Shown here: positions 9,942-19,796 of the stretch, in pieces
Position numbering within the stretch: position 1 is the stretch's first letter
How the letters are laid out: each line of letters starts with the position of its first letter
NCBI GenBank assembly: GCA_963820825.1
Contig: CAWGBN010000006.1
Span: forward strand, 659,670 to 723,669
Direction: 5' to 3'
Origin: Vulcanimicrobiota bacterium
GTDB taxonomy: Bacteria; Vulcanimicrobiota; Vulcanimicrobiia; Vulcanimicrobiales; Vulcanimicrobiaceae
Length of the DNA: 64,000 bases
The notes under the pieces: model-generated
Told to the model about the DNA's origin: nothing
Database searches by the model: none
The model's input: only the letters and a program-made list of their open reading frames with translations
Position numbers and translations under genes: made by a program

Positions 9942-10641
9942 CCGACCCTCCGCCATGGCGAAGAAGAACTCCATCGGCGTCGCGCCGCTCGAGCGGCGCA
10001 ATCCATTGGAATGACACCGTCGCGCAGACGGCTCCGAGCAGCTGGGCGAAGATAAATTGGGGCGTGTCCTGCGGGCGAATTCCCGCGAAGGTATCGGAGA
10101 GCGAACGCGCGATCGTTACTGCCGGGTTGGCAAACGACGTCGACGACGTGAACCAGTACGCGGCGACGATATAACTAGCGACTGCAAATGGAGTAAAGGC
10201 CGAGCGGAAGCGAACGCATCCCCAAATCACGAGGAGCAAGCCGAACGTCGCAACGAACTCGGCAAACCATTGAGTGGGACCGGCGCGAGCACGATGGGAC
10301 GCAAAGAAGACCGGAAGCCCGAACATCGTATTCGCCGCCGCGACTCCGGCAACCGCGCCGCATATCTGCGCCCCGACGTACACCGGAACTTCGCTCCAAG
10401 GCAAGCCGCCGCGCAGGGCATCGGCAAGCGACACGGCCGGATTGAAATGCGCGCCGGAGATCGGTCCAAGTGCGGCGATCAGACACATGAGGACGCCGCC
10501 GGTTGCCAGCGTATTGGCGAGTAATGCGATGGCGAGGTTACCGCCGGCGAGCCGCTGGGCCATGATACCGGAGCCGACAACGCCGGCGAGCAGGAAGGCG
10601 GAGCCCAGTGCCTCGGCGGCGCTTCGCCTAAGAAGCGTCAT
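9928..10641 (-). CDS. MIP-family aquaglyceroporin, probable arsenite channel (AqpS-like)
   Basis: SGAHFNPAV and TSFANPAV NPA motifs; in ars operon. Confidence 0.9.
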   Translation of the reverse strand: MTLLRRSAAEALGSAFLLAGVVGSGIMAQRLAGGNLAIALLANTLATGGVLMCLIAALGPISGAHFNPAVSLADALRGGLPWSEVPVYVGAQICGAVAGVAAANTMFGLPVFFASHRARAGPTQWFAEFVATFGLLLVIWGCVRFRSAFTPFAVASYIVAAYWFTSSTSFANPAVTIARSLSDTFAGIRPQDTPQFIFAQLLGAVCATVSFQWIAPLERRDADGVLLRHGGGSDAVA

Positions 10642-11075
10642 TAGACGACGCAGCAGGAGCGCGTTTCGTCGCCCACCGAGCAGCACGTCGTATTGGCATC
10701 GTCCCGATGGTCCGTCTCGTCGTGGACGGTGTAGATCTCCCAACGGCGGCCTTCAGGATCGACAGCCCAGACTTTTGTTTGAATGGCGTAGCAGCACGTC
10801 TCTTCGCGCTCAACGGATGATGCGAGACCAGTGCGCTCCAGCCGCGCGATCGCGCGTTCCACGTCGTCCGCGCTCTCGACGTACACGCCGTAATGCGCAT
10901 CTCGGGTTGGTGAAACCTCATCGGTTAGGTCGAGGGCGAGCTCGAGTCCCGGCTGATCCGTGATGAACAACGCGTAGTCGCCGAGCAGCTTCGTTGGTTT
11001 CGCGTCGAGCAAGGTTGAGTAGAACTCCACACTCTTGGCGAGATTTACGGTGGCGAGGTTTAGGTGCGTTCTCAT
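10641..11075 (-). CDS. arsI: ArsI/CadI-family VOC protein (C-As lyase-like)
   Basis: ETCCYAIQTKVWAVDPEGRRWE motif; overlaps both neighbours. Confidence 0.8.
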   Translation of the reverse strand: MRTHLNLATVNLAKSVEFYSTLLDAKPTKLLGDYALFITDQPGLELALDLTDEVSPTRDAHYGVYVESADDVERAIARLERTGLASSVEREETCCYAIQTKVWAVDPEGRRWEIYTVHDETDHRDDANTTCCSVGDETRSCCVV

Positions 11076-11404
11076 GCAGGCACTTTCTGGCGGAAGACGG
11101 AGGTCAACGCATCGCCGAGTCGCTCGTACGCCCCTGGCGCAAGGCGGTAATAGACCCAGGTGCCGCGGCGTTCGCACGTGACCAGCTCGGCTTCGCGCAA
11201 GACGCGAAGGTGATGCGATACGGTCGGCTGATTGAGCGGAAGAGCATCGGTGAAATCGCAGACACACACCTCGTGCTCGGCGCGATCGAGCGCAGCAAGA
11301 ATGGTCAGACGGTGAGGATCGGCCAGCGCCTTGAAAAGCTCGGCTTCCGTCCCCCGGTCCACGTGCGGAATATGAGCGGGCGGGCAGCACCGTTGCATCG
11401 ACAT
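11072..11404 (-). CDS. arsR: ArsR/SmtB metalloregulator
   Basis: FKALADPHRL, EVCVCD, QPTVSHHL; N-terminal CC. Confidence 0.92.
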   Translation of the reverse strand: MSMQRCCPPAHIPHVDRGTEAELFKALADPHRLTILAALDRAEHEVCVCDFTDALPLNQPTVSHHLRVLREAELVTCERRGTWVYYRLAPGAYERLGDALTSVFRQKVPA

Positions 11405-11439
11405 CTTTCGATATTAGTGGTTGAATCGAAGATTGTCAA
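11400..11439 (-). promoter_or_regulatory. Sigma70 promoter and ArsR operator of the ars operon (leaderless)
   Basis: TTGACA-17 nt-TAATAT, 6 nt before the ATG; overlapped by imperfect inverted repeat GACATCTTTCGAT...ATCGAAGATTGTC. Confidence 0.75.
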
Positions 11440-11556
11440 TACAAATGCGGCGAGCGTGGCGGCGGATGTCGTGGAGAAGAACCGGCGAAGGGCTCTTCCT
11501 GAGGTTTTCCTCCATCGGCGCTACGATGCGCTTATCCAAAAATGCGAGGAGAAACC

Positions 11557-12657
11557 ATGATTCAGATGCAGCCAAGCGAGCTAAGGCCGAAGCCGGTCGC
11601 GATGATGAAAGCCTTTGTTATGCTAGGTCTTGAGCGTACGGCCTTTGCTGAAAAGCCGGTGCCGACCGCCGGCCCGAACGACGCAATCGTCAAGACGCAG
11701 TTCGCTTTGATTTGCACCTCCGACTCCCACACCGTGCGCGGTGCGATCGGTCCGCGCGAAGGCCTGACGCTCGGGCACGAAGCTGTCGGGATCGTCGATT
11801 CGGTCGGCGCCGAGGTGCGGCATTTTAAACCGGGCGATCGCGTCGTCGTTGGTGCCATCACTCCCGATTGGGGATCGGACGAGGCTCAGAACGGCTATCC
11901 GTCACAATCGGGTGGAGCGCTCGGCGGCTGGAAGTACGCCAACATCAAGGACGGCGTCTTCGCCGAGTACTTTCATGTGAATGAAGCCGATGCGAACATG
12001 GCGCTGATCCCTGAAGCGGTGAAATCGGATCGAGCGGTTTATTGTGCGGATATGATGTCGACCGGATTCATGGCCGCCGAGCACGGCGACATTCCGATCG
12101 GCGGTACCGTCGCGGTTTTCGCGCAGGGACCGGTGGGTTTGATGGCTACCGCCGGTGCGCGCCTGCGCGGCGCCGGTTTGATCATCGCCGTTGAATCCGA
12201 CCAACGCCGGGCCCAACTCGCTCGCGAGTACGGCGCTCATCTCGTCGTCGATTTTCAGAAAGAGGATCCGGTGCAGCGCATCCTCGCGGAGACGGGTGGC
12301 ATCGGCGTCGACACGACGATCGAAGCGCTGGGAGCCGAAAAAAGCTTCGAGCAATGCGTCGCCGCCACGAAGCCGGGTGGAACCATCTCAAATGTCGGCT
12401 ACCACGGCTCGGGCGAGTTCGTTTCGATACCACGCATCGCGTGGGGCGTCGGCATGGCCGACAAAACAATACGCACCGGTCTCTGCCCGGGAGGCAGGCT
12501 TCGCATGGAGCGGCTATTGCGCGTTTTGGAGCAGGGGTTGGTCGACCCCACCAAGCTCACGACGCACACCTTCGACTTCAACGAGATGCCTCGCGCATTC
12601 GAAATAATGGACCATAAGCTCGACGGCGTGCTCAAGCCCCTGATTCGCTTCGCATAA
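11557..12657 (+). CDS. Zn-dependent alcohol dehydrogenase (secondary ADH-like)
   Basis: ICTSDSH, GHEAVG, DMMSTGF; GAGGAG RBS. Confidence 0.9.
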   Translation: MIQMQPSELRPKPVAMMKAFVMLGLERTAFAEKPVPTAGPNDAIVKTQFALICTSDSHTVRGAIGPREGLTLGHEAVGIVDSVGAEVRHFKPGDRVVVGAITPDWGSDEAQNGYPSQSGGALGGWKYANIKDGVFAEYFHVNEADANMALIPEAVKSDRAVYCADMMSTGFMAAEHGDIPIGGTVAVFAQGPVGLMATAGARLRGAGLIIAVESDQRRAQLAREYGAHLVVDFQKEDPVQRILAETGGIGVDTTIEALGAEKSFEQCVAATKPGGTISNVGYHGSGEFVSIPRIAWGVGMADKTIRTGLCPGGRLRMERLLRVLEQGLVDPTKLTTHTFDFNEMPRAFEIMDHKLDGVLKPLIRFA

Positions 12658-12788
12658 CGTTTTTCGTTATTCTTGAGTGAAGAAACCTGGGGTTGCGTGG
12701 CGCCCGGCGCTTCTCGCGATTTGCAAGATTGCGGCGCTCGCCCAGGTGGCGGGTGACGGACCGCCGGCCAGATCCCGCGATCGCTGCG

Positions 12789-12880
12789 AAAGCAGCTGCT
12801 CTCGTTGTGAGAAGCAGCTGCTTTAATCGTTGGAACCTAGCCGAGCAAGGCATCCGTGAGGCTTGGCGCTCGCGGATGCC
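12789..12880. terminator. Two hairpins between convergent genes
   Basis: AAAGCAGCTGCT/AGCAGCTGCTTT (12789-12824) and GGCATCCGTGAG/CTCGCGGATGCC (12849-12880). Confidence 0.5.
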
Positions 12881-12902
12881 TGCATCGCTATTTGGTGGAG
12901 GC

Positions 12903-13385
12903 CTAGCCTCCGAGGTGCTTTGTGTGCGCCCAGGACGTTATGCGCCAGCCGTTCGCCGTCTTCTTGAGCGTCACGGTAAGGGCTGATCCGGTCTCCCTCA
13001 CCGTCTGACCCTTCTGATTGTAGTGGTAGTCGAATGGAGCACTGATGTATGCGTTGTCTCCGGTCACGAACACATGCCACGGCATGCCGATGCCGCCATT
13101 TGCGTCGGTGATTTGAGCGGTCTTGTCGTAGGCCGCTCGCGCGTTCCACCAATCGGTGCAACCCGCCGCTCCACCGGTAAGGTACGGATCGAAGGTATCG
13201 ATGACGAAGGCCGGAGAATCGCACAACGCCACAAACGCGCTCATTTTGTCTTTGTTCATCGCGTCTATGGCAAGCTTGACGGTGTTAATCGCATCGCTCG
13301 AGGGCGACGCCGAGCAGATTGCGGGGGTTGCCAAGAACGCTAAAGCGGCGGTCAGGGCCCAACTTGCAAATCGATGGATTCTCAT
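12903..13385 (-). CDS. Exported SnoaL/NTF2-like protein
   Basis: Signal peptide; C-terminal LKKTANGWRITSW; GGAAGGAG RBS. Confidence 0.75.
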   Translation of the reverse strand: MRIHRFASWALTAALAFLATPAICSASPSSDAINTVKLAIDAMNKDKMSAFVALCDSPAFVIDTFDPYLTGGAAGCTDWWNARAAYDKTAQITDANGGIGMPWHVFVTGDNAYISAPFDYHYNQKGQTVRETGSALTVTLKKTANGWRITSWAHTKHLGG

Positions 13386-13476
13386 GATCTCTCCTTCCAT
13401 AGGGATCTGGACCGGCAAGTCGGCCCGGAATTTTCAACCATCTTCTGAGGGTTCACGATTGAGGGTTCACGATGTA

Positions 13477-14442
13477 TTACGTCGGCGGTGCTGCTGACGA
13501 TGGCGCGGGTGGACCGTTGACCGGTAAGAGATCCATAGTCACGGTGTCGAGCCGATACTCGCCCGCGCCGACATAGCTGTTGGGTTGCGCACATACGACG
13601 CTATTTTGCGGACCGTAGACGACCACGAGGCCGGAAGGCCCACACTGCGTCTGCGTCAACTGGTACGTTGAGAAAAACGTAGCGCCGGGCGTGCCCGCTT
13701 GTACTTCGTAGGAGTTATACGTGACGTCGGTGTCTTCGTCAACGATCGCTCCGTAAACCGCGGCAGAGGTCACGCCGATTGCCATGGCTCCCCAGAATCC
13801 GCCGCCCCAATAATACGGCGCTGGCGCCCACGCCATTCCGCCGTTCCAGCCGTAGTAACCGCCACCGCCGTAAACGGGATTGTTGACGATCGTATTTCCG
13901 TTGCCGCTGCCGATGTTGTTGTTGCCGCCGCCGGGGCGATTTCCGGTGCCGGGACTGCCGGGACGACCCGCTCCGCCGGGTCCGCCGACTCCGCCGGGTC
14001 CGCCAACGCTGCCAGGTCCGCCTGGGCCTCCCGGACCACCGGGGCGACCAGCTCCGCCGACGCCGCCGGGGCCGCCAGGACCACCGGGCCGACCGGGACC
14101 GCCAACGCCACCGACACCGCCAACGCCACCGACGCCGCCGGGCCGCTGCGCGACACCCGGGCGCTGCATGCTGCCGCCGCCCATTCCGCCGCGCGAGAAG
14201 TCTGAGCCGCCGAGGTTGTATCCTCCGCCGCGACCGCCACTCGGGCGCGACGACATACCGCCGCCGCCGCGAGACGCTCCGCCGCCGCCGCCGCGGGACA
14301 TACCGCCGCCGCCGCCGCGCGAACCGCCGCCGCCGCGCGCACCGCCGCCGCCGCGTCCGCCGCCCCCACCGCGACCGGCATCGGCCGCAGTGCAAAGCTG
14401 CATCACGAAAACTACTGAGAGAATCAGCGCGAGATACTTCAT
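13477..14442 (-). CDS. Exported glycine-rich repeat protein
   Basis: Signal peptide; RGGGG, GGV and GGP/GPGG repeats; globular C-terminus with two Cys. Confidence 0.8.
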   Translation of the reverse strand: MKYLALILSVVFVMQLCTAADAGRGGGGGRGGGGARGGGGSRGGGGGMSRGGGGGASRGGGGMSSRPSGGRGGGYNLGGSDFSRGGMGGGSMQRPGVAQRPGGVGGVGGVGGVGGPGRPGGPGGPGGVGGAGRPGGPGGPGGPGSVGGPGGVGGPGGAGRPGSPGTGNRPGGGNNNIGSGNGNTIVNNPVYGGGGYYGWNGGMAWAPAPYYWGGGFWGAMAIGVTSAAVYGAIVDEDTDVTYNSYEVQAGTPGATFFSTYQLTQTQCGPSGLVVVYGPQNSVVCAQPNSYVGAGEYRLDTVTMDLLPVNGPPAPSSAAPPT

Positions 14443-14915
14443 TCTTGCTTTATCAGTTGATCGATGCGCCCGCGGACGTTGATGAACGTCCCGTTTCTCG
14501 TCGAAATCGTGAGCATTATGCTCTTCGCAGGCAGCTTAGCCGAGGAATGCGACAACGGTTGTTCGGCATCGGTGTAATTGAGATAAATCGTCCCGGTTTT
14601 GAGGTTGAGCGCATTGCTTTCACCCTCTTGCACCAGCGCGGCATTCGTGGGTAAGCAAACGATGATCTTCTCCTGATACGAGCACGCAGCTCGCGTGATG
14701 ACGATCGTCCCGTCACCGTCGTCGGTCGTCAAGAAGAGCGAGCCGGAGAATACCTTGATTTCAACGTCGCGGTACGTGTTCACCGATCCGTCTTTATGCT
14801 GAATGTTGATGGTGCCGGTGGAGCTCGCGACCGCCGGTATCAGAGCGCAACAGACCGCGATGCCCGCAGCGGCGATTCGTGATGGGATGTTCAGGACTTT
14901 GCTCAAATCCAGCAT
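14439..14915 (-). CDS. Exported hypothetical protein
   Basis: Signal-like N-terminus; stop overlaps start of the Gly-rich gene. Confidence 0.7.
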   Translation of the reverse strand: MLDLSKVLNIPSRIAAAGIAVCCALIPAVASSTGTINIQHKDGSVNTYRDVEIKVFSGSLFLTTDDGDGTIVITRAACSYQEKIIVCLPTNAALVQEGESNALNLKTGTIYLNYTDAEQPLSHSSAKLPAKSIMLTISTRNGTFINVRGRIDQLIKQE

Positions 14916-14927
14916 GGGAATGTCTGG

Positions 14928-15878
14928 CTAGCGTAACCGGGCGAGCGAACCGCCGCAACCCCGCACCAGGGGCCCCTTGGCAAAGGGAGGCAAGGCGGCG
15001 CCATCACCGGCATTCGCCAAACGGTTGAACTTGCGCGCCGTCTCGTCGTCCGCCGGAACGAGCGCGCGCAGGAAAATATCCGGCTGCATCGTCGAGCCAA
15101 GGTCGATTGCGTAAACTGCGAGGTTGCCCACCGTCGCGTGGTTTCGCGTCTCGATTTCCGTATTCGACAGCTCGCCGGCGACGATCCGCGTGTCCCAAAC
15201 CTGTTGAAAGAGCGGATGCTGCTTCACCCTGTCAAAGACTGCGTCTGCGTATTGGCTCGGCCGCGAAGAGGCATAGTTGAGCCGAAACATTCCGACGGCG
15301 CGGAAGACGAGCTTTTCGCGCTCTGCGCCAAGAAATGCAATGAAGTCGTGGTCGTAAAGGCTGCGGACCAGCCCGTTTCTCTCTACCGGGTCCTCGTATC
15401 GGGAATGGCCGTAAATCGCGTCGGCGAGAGCGTTCCACCGGAGCGGCGTCAGAATCTTGTCACCGATCGTGCCCGCGACGCCTCGGAGACTGTTCAGCAA
15501 CGCGATAGCAGGTTCGGACACGGCGTGGCACATTTCCGCACCGGCTCGTAAAGGTCGGCGCAGGCCGGCCAGGTCGAGCATGTACTCGAATTCGGCGGTC
15601 GAGAGGCGCAATGCGACGGCGACCGCCGTCAAGGTGGATTCGGAGGGGTGTATCTCGTCGCCGGCCTCCAGCCGCGCGTACCATTTTACGCCGATGTCGG
15701 CGAGAAAGGCGACCTCTTCGCGGCGCAGCCCGGGGGTGCGGCGTCCGCGCCGTGACGCGATTTCCACCTGTTCGGGGGCGATCGATTCGCGCCGTTTTCG
15801 CAGAAACCGCCCCAAGGCCTCGCGGGGCGATTCAACAAGGCCGGCGACCTTGTCCCGGTTGGCGTAGTGAACTGGCAT
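14928..15878 (-). CDS. XRE/MmyB-like transcriptional regulator
   Basis: RRTPGLRREEVAFLADIGVKWYARLEAG followed by a PAS-like ligand domain. Confidence 0.88.
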   Translation of the reverse strand: MPVHYANRDKVAGLVESPREALGRFLRKRRESIAPEQVEIASRRGRRTPGLRREEVAFLADIGVKWYARLEAGDEIHPSESTLTAVAVALRLSTAEFEYMLDLAGLRRPLRAGAEMCHAVSEPAIALLNSLRGVAGTIGDKILTPLRWNALADAIYGHSRYEDPVERNGLVRSLYDHDFIAFLGAEREKLVFRAVGMFRLNYASSRPSQYADAVFDRVKQHPLFQQVWDTRIVAGELSNTEIETRNHATVGNLAVYAIDLGSTMQPDIFLRALVPADDETARKFNRLANAGDGAALPPFAKGPLVRGCGGSLARLR

Positions 15879-16070
15879 CCATTACCTCCAGCCTATCCGT
15901 AGCCGTCTTTTTAACGTTTTTATAATAAGTCTCCGTTGTGAAGACGATAAGAAGGCGCCGTTCTTTTCGGCTTCCGCGGATTTTCATAATAGCTGTTTCA
16001 GACACCACTTCGTGGGTGGACCCTACTCGGGGGTTAACAAACTCGGTACTGCGGCGCATGTAAAGAGCAG

Positions 16071-16667
16071 ATGAGCGTCACGCATCTGCACGAGTGGGAT
16101 GTTACGGCCATCGAGGTCGCGCTGGATTTGGAGGCGCCATGCCTACTCGATCCCTCGCGCGCGCTCTTTTCGGGTTCGGCCGAGCCGCGGATTTGCCTCG
16201 TATCGGGCTTCGCCGTCACCAGGCAGCTGAAACGCATCATCGCCGCCGTCGATCGAGCCGTGCCGGAGCGCCCCCCTTCAGGACTACGCGTCGTGCCCGT
16301 AGCGACGCGCTCGCCGGCCGCGCCGTTCACCCGCGGGATCTCCGTTCAGCCAATGCTCTCTCTTTTGCGTCTCCAATCGAAGCTGATTCGCGCCATCGAG
16401 CCGGGATTGGCACACGACGTGCCGTCGCCGCGTACGACGCGCGACATGGACGAAGCCGCCGCAGCGTTTGTCGACGATTTCATCTCGCACAAGATGCTCC
16501 CAACCTTCGAGCCCGCGTGCACGGCCGCAGATTTAGACGGCACGCAGCTGAGAGCGATCGGTATCACGATCTATCGATTGGGGCGCCGCGGCGCTCCCGA
16601 GTCGATCCTCGCTCATTGGGCCTTCGCGCCGGACCCCGGCAGCATCCACCTGCGAGGTGGACGTTAA
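16071..16667 (+). CDS. Hypothetical protein, possible degenerate 2H phosphoesterase fold
   Basis: Resembles 2'-5' RNA ligase-like proteins (VTAI, LLRLQSKLI, IYRLG) without HxT motifs. Confidence 0.45.
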   Translation: MSVTHLHEWDVTAIEVALDLEAPCLLDPSRALFSGSAEPRICLVSGFAVTRQLKRIIAAVDRAVPERPPSGLRVVPVATRSPAAPFTRGISVQPMLSLLRLQSKLIRAIEPGLAHDVPSPRTTRDMDEAAAAFVDDFISHKMLPTFEPACTAADLDGTQLRAIGITIYRLGRRGAPESILAHWAFAPDPGSIHLRGGR

Positions 16668-16776
16668 TGCACGCGGCGCGATCTGTGGGGTCTCACGATG
16701 CGGTTCGCATTAATCTGACGCCGTCGCAAAACGCGCAGCGTCTCATGGAAACCGCTTCGCGACAATCCTATCCGCA

Positions 16777-17967
16777 ATGACGGTCGCAAAAAGCGTGATT
16801 CCGAACAGCTTCCTGCCGTTCGCCGGGGGACTAGTTTCCCGGGGACTTCAGAATATCGGCGTGCAGGACAGCACGCTGCTGCGCCTGCGCGTAACAGGGA
16901 TCCTCATCCTGCCGTTGCTGGCGTGGCTTCCGCTCCTCGTACTCTCGACGATCGACGGAAAACTGGTCCCCGGAGGCGTAGGAACTCCCTTTTTACTGGA
17001 CCTCTCGGTTCATATACGTTTGCTCGTCGCGCTTCCGCTCTTCATTCTAGCAGCGAGGATGGGCGAAGCGCGCCTTCTCCCCACCTTGCGTCAGTTTCTG
17101 GCACGTCGGCTCGTCCCCGAGCGGTCGGTGCCCAGGTTCGAGGCTGCAGTTGCATCGGCGTTCTCACTCGGCGATTCCATCCTTGCCGATTTGGCGATCA
17201 TTTGCATCATTTACGTGGTCGACACGCTTGCCGTTAACAGCACGTACGTTGCAACCGGCGCGACGTGGTACGTAGCTTCGGTCGCGCAGGGATCGCATCT
17301 CACTCCGGCCGGCATTTGCTATGCGTATTTCAGTCTGCCCATCTTTCAGTTCGTGTTACTGCGGTGGTACTTCAGGCTCTTCATTTGGGCTCGCTTCTTG
17401 GCCAAGGCTTCACACCTGCATCTCAATCTCGTCCCGACGCACCCCGATCGTGTCGGGGGGCTTGGCTTTCTGATCATGGGCACACAAGCATTTGTAGCTT
17501 TCGCAATGGCGCATGGAGCGCTGCTCGCCGGATGGCTTTCGACGCGGGTCGTGGTTGGGAAAGCGAGCCTTGCGGAGTTCAAAGGCGAGATCGCCGCGGT
17601 TGTGGTGTTCGTGCTTTGCTTGACCCTCGCCCCGCTCACCGTATTCGCGAGATCGCTCACCCGTGCCAAGCGTCGCGGCATCATCGAATACGGCGAGCTC
17701 GCGGCTCGTTACTCAAACGAATTTAACGACAAGTGGATCGTCCCCAAAGCGGGCTATAAGGAGCCGCTGGTCGGAAGCGCCGACATCCAATCGCTCGCCG
17801 ACATGGCGGGGAGTTACGACATCGTGCAGACGATGCGCAGCGTACCGATAAGCCTGCAGATGTGCGTGATCTTTGCCGCGGCGACACTCCTCCCCGTCGC
17901 TCCGCTGCTGCTCACGTTGATGTCGCTCTCCGAGATATTAAAAAAGCTGGCTGGAATCTTGTTCTAG
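16777..17967 (+). CDS. Multi-pass membrane protein of unknown function
   Basis: Several TM segments; HPDRVGGLGFL and ADIQSLAD blocks. Confidence 0.8.
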   Translation: MTVAKSVIPNSFLPFAGGLVSRGLQNIGVQDSTLLRLRVTGILILPLLAWLPLLVLSTIDGKLVPGGVGTPFLLDLSVHIRLLVALPLFILAARMGEARLLPTLRQFLARRLVPERSVPRFEAAVASAFSLGDSILADLAIICIIYVVDTLAVNSTYVATGATWYVASVAQGSHLTPAGICYAYFSLPIFQFVLLRWYFRLFIWARFLAKASHLHLNLVPTHPDRVGGLGFLIMGTQAFVAFAMAHGALLAGWLSTRVVVGKASLAEFKGEIAAVVVFVLCLTLAPLTVFARSLTRAKRRGIIEYGELAARYSNEFNDKWIVPKAGYKEPLVGSADIQSLADMAGSYDIVQTMRSVPISLQMCVIFAAATLLPVAPLLLTLMSLSEILKKLAGILF

Positions 17968-18042
17968 CAGCGAAGGGACCGCGACGTCCGGCGTTGCGGG
18001 CCTCGAGTGGCGCAGCGAGAATCCTTAGCAGTGGAGGAATCG

Positions 18043-19371
18043 ATGAGTAAGACCGAGACCGGCAAGGCCCTTCGGGTCCGCGTTCCGCGCGCCTCGCATG
18101 CCAAGCTGAAACCGCCGTCGGACCGCGATCCGCTTGCGATCTTACGCAAGACCGATGAAGACCGGCTTCCCGAACTGGTGCCGATTCGCTACGGCCGAAT
18201 GCTCCAATCACCGTTCGCGTTCTTTCGCGGCGCTGCAGCGATCATGGCAGCAGACTTGTCGATGAGCCCCATTATCGGCGTGACGGTTCAAGCCTGTGGC
18301 GACTGTCATCTCAAGAACTTCGGCGGCTTCGCTACGCCCGAGCGGAACATTGTGTTCGACATAAACGACTTCGACGAGACGCTTCCGGCTCCGTGGGAAT
18401 GGGACGTCAAGAGGCTTGCGGCGTCGTTCTATCTGGCCGTCGGCGAAAACGGGCTCTCGGACGATGTCGCTCGCGCTGCTGCCCTGACCTGCGTGCGCTC
18501 GTATCGAAAAGGAGTCCGGGAGTTCTCCGAGTTCGATCCGCTCGCGCTATGGTATTCGAAGTTCGACGCCGACGAGTTCGTGAAGGCGCTGCCGCGCGGC
18601 GACCGCACGCGCGTCGAGCGACGAATCGCAAAAGTCGCCTCAACGCGGGGAGCGGATATCGACTATCCCAAGCTCGCCGAAGTCGTCCGCGGCGCCATCC
18701 ACATTAAGGACACTCCGCCGCTGATCTTCCATCCCGAATCGGCACGAACGCCCGACTTCTTACCGATCGTCGAAAAAGTGCTGAGCGAATATCGCGAGAC
18801 GCTTGCCGACGATCGCCGCCTTTTGTTCGATCGCTACCGCTTCGTCGACGCGGCGATCAAAGTAGTCGGCGTCGGCAGCGTCGGAACGCGCTGTTGGATT
18901 GCGCTGCTGATGTCCTCGACGAACGAGCCCCTCTTTCTCCAGTTCAAGCAGGCAAAATCGTCCGTGCTCGAGCCGTATGCCGGCAAGAGCCTCTATCCTC
19001 ATTGCGGCCAGCGCATCGTGATGGGCCAGCGGCTCATGCAGGCGGCTTCCGATATCTTTCTTGGATGGACGACCGGGCCCGGCGGAGATTTCTACGTTCG
19101 GCAGCTACGCGACGCAAAGCTCAGCCCTAATCTAGAAACCTTTGACGAACCGCTCTTTCAAATGTACGCCAAAGCGTGCGGCTGGAATCTCTCTCGCGCC
19201 CATTCAAAATCCGGAAACGCTCCGGCAATCAAGGCGTATCTTGGAAAAAGCGATGAGTTCGACGAGGCGATGGCAACCTTCGCGCGCAAATATGCCGAGC
19301 AGACCGAACGCGACCACGCTACGCTGAGAGCCGCGGTCAGGGCCGGAAAGGTCGAGATCTATACCGAGTAG
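18043..19371 (+). CDS. DUF2252 family protein (kinase-like fold)
   Basis: RYGRMLQSPFAFFRG, CGDCHLKNFG, FDINDFDE, KVVGVGSVG; GGAGG RBS. Confidence 0.9.
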   Translation: MSKTETGKALRVRVPRASHAKLKPPSDRDPLAILRKTDEDRLPELVPIRYGRMLQSPFAFFRGAAAIMAADLSMSPIIGVTVQACGDCHLKNFGGFATPERNIVFDINDFDETLPAPWEWDVKRLAASFYLAVGENGLSDDVARAAALTCVRSYRKGVREFSEFDPLALWYSKFDADEFVKALPRGDRTRVERRIAKVASTRGADIDYPKLAEVVRGAIHIKDTPPLIFHPESARTPDFLPIVEKVLSEYRETLADDRRLLFDRYRFVDAAIKVVGVGSVGTRCWIALLMSSTNEPLFLQFKQAKSSVLEPYAGKSLYPHCGQRIVMGQRLMQAASDIFLGWTTGPGGDFYVRQLRDAKLSPNLETFDEPLFQMYAKACGWNLSRAHSKSGNAPAIKAYLGKSDEFDEAMATFARKYAEQTERDHATLRAAVRAGKVEIYTE

Positions 19372-19389
19372 GCAGGTCCGATCTATACG

Positions 19390-19767
19390 ATGACCGACGA
19401 CTCAAGCGATCTGCTTTCGGAGCGATTCGCAACGATCGTTATTTATTGGCTTCCGATCGCCGTTCTGATCGCGAGCGGATTCTTCAAGCTCGGCGGTGCG
19501 TGGCGGACCGCAATATGGGCGGTCGCATTGATAACGATGGGCGTCGGGTGCGTCGTCAATGCCGTGCGATGCGGGCGCGTACACTGCTACGCGACCGGGC
19601 CTTTCTTTTTACTAATGGCTGCCGTTGCGGTTGTATGCGGGCTTGGGATTGCGCCGTTCGGCCCGTGGGGCTGGAACACGATTGCGCTCGTCACTTTGAT
19701 CGGCGGAATCGCGCTCTATTTCTTGCCTGAACGCTTTTTCGGTAGATATCGCCAAAGGGCGAAATAG
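19390..19767 (+). CDS. Small 4-TM membrane protein with Cys motif
   Basis: Four hydrophobic segments; NAVRCGRVHCYATGP. Confidence 0.7.
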   Translation: MTDDSSDLLSERFATIVIYWLPIAVLIASGFFKLGGAWRTAIWAVALITMGVGCVVNAVRCGRVHCYATGPFFLLMAAVAVVCGLGIAPFGPWGWNTIALVTLIGGIALYFLPERFFGRYRQRAK

Positions 19768-19796
19768 CGGCGTGTCAACCCAAATGTACGCCGAAA

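Noticed and set aside
12893..12900. TGGTGGAG as the far att site of a third island
   Set aside because: Only 8 bp match the tRNA end, with no continuation or arm repeats; this is compatible with chance.
13880..14482. Pro-rich collagen-like ORF on the + strand
   Set aside because: It is the antisense mirror of the Gly-rich gene, which has the signal peptide and operon context.
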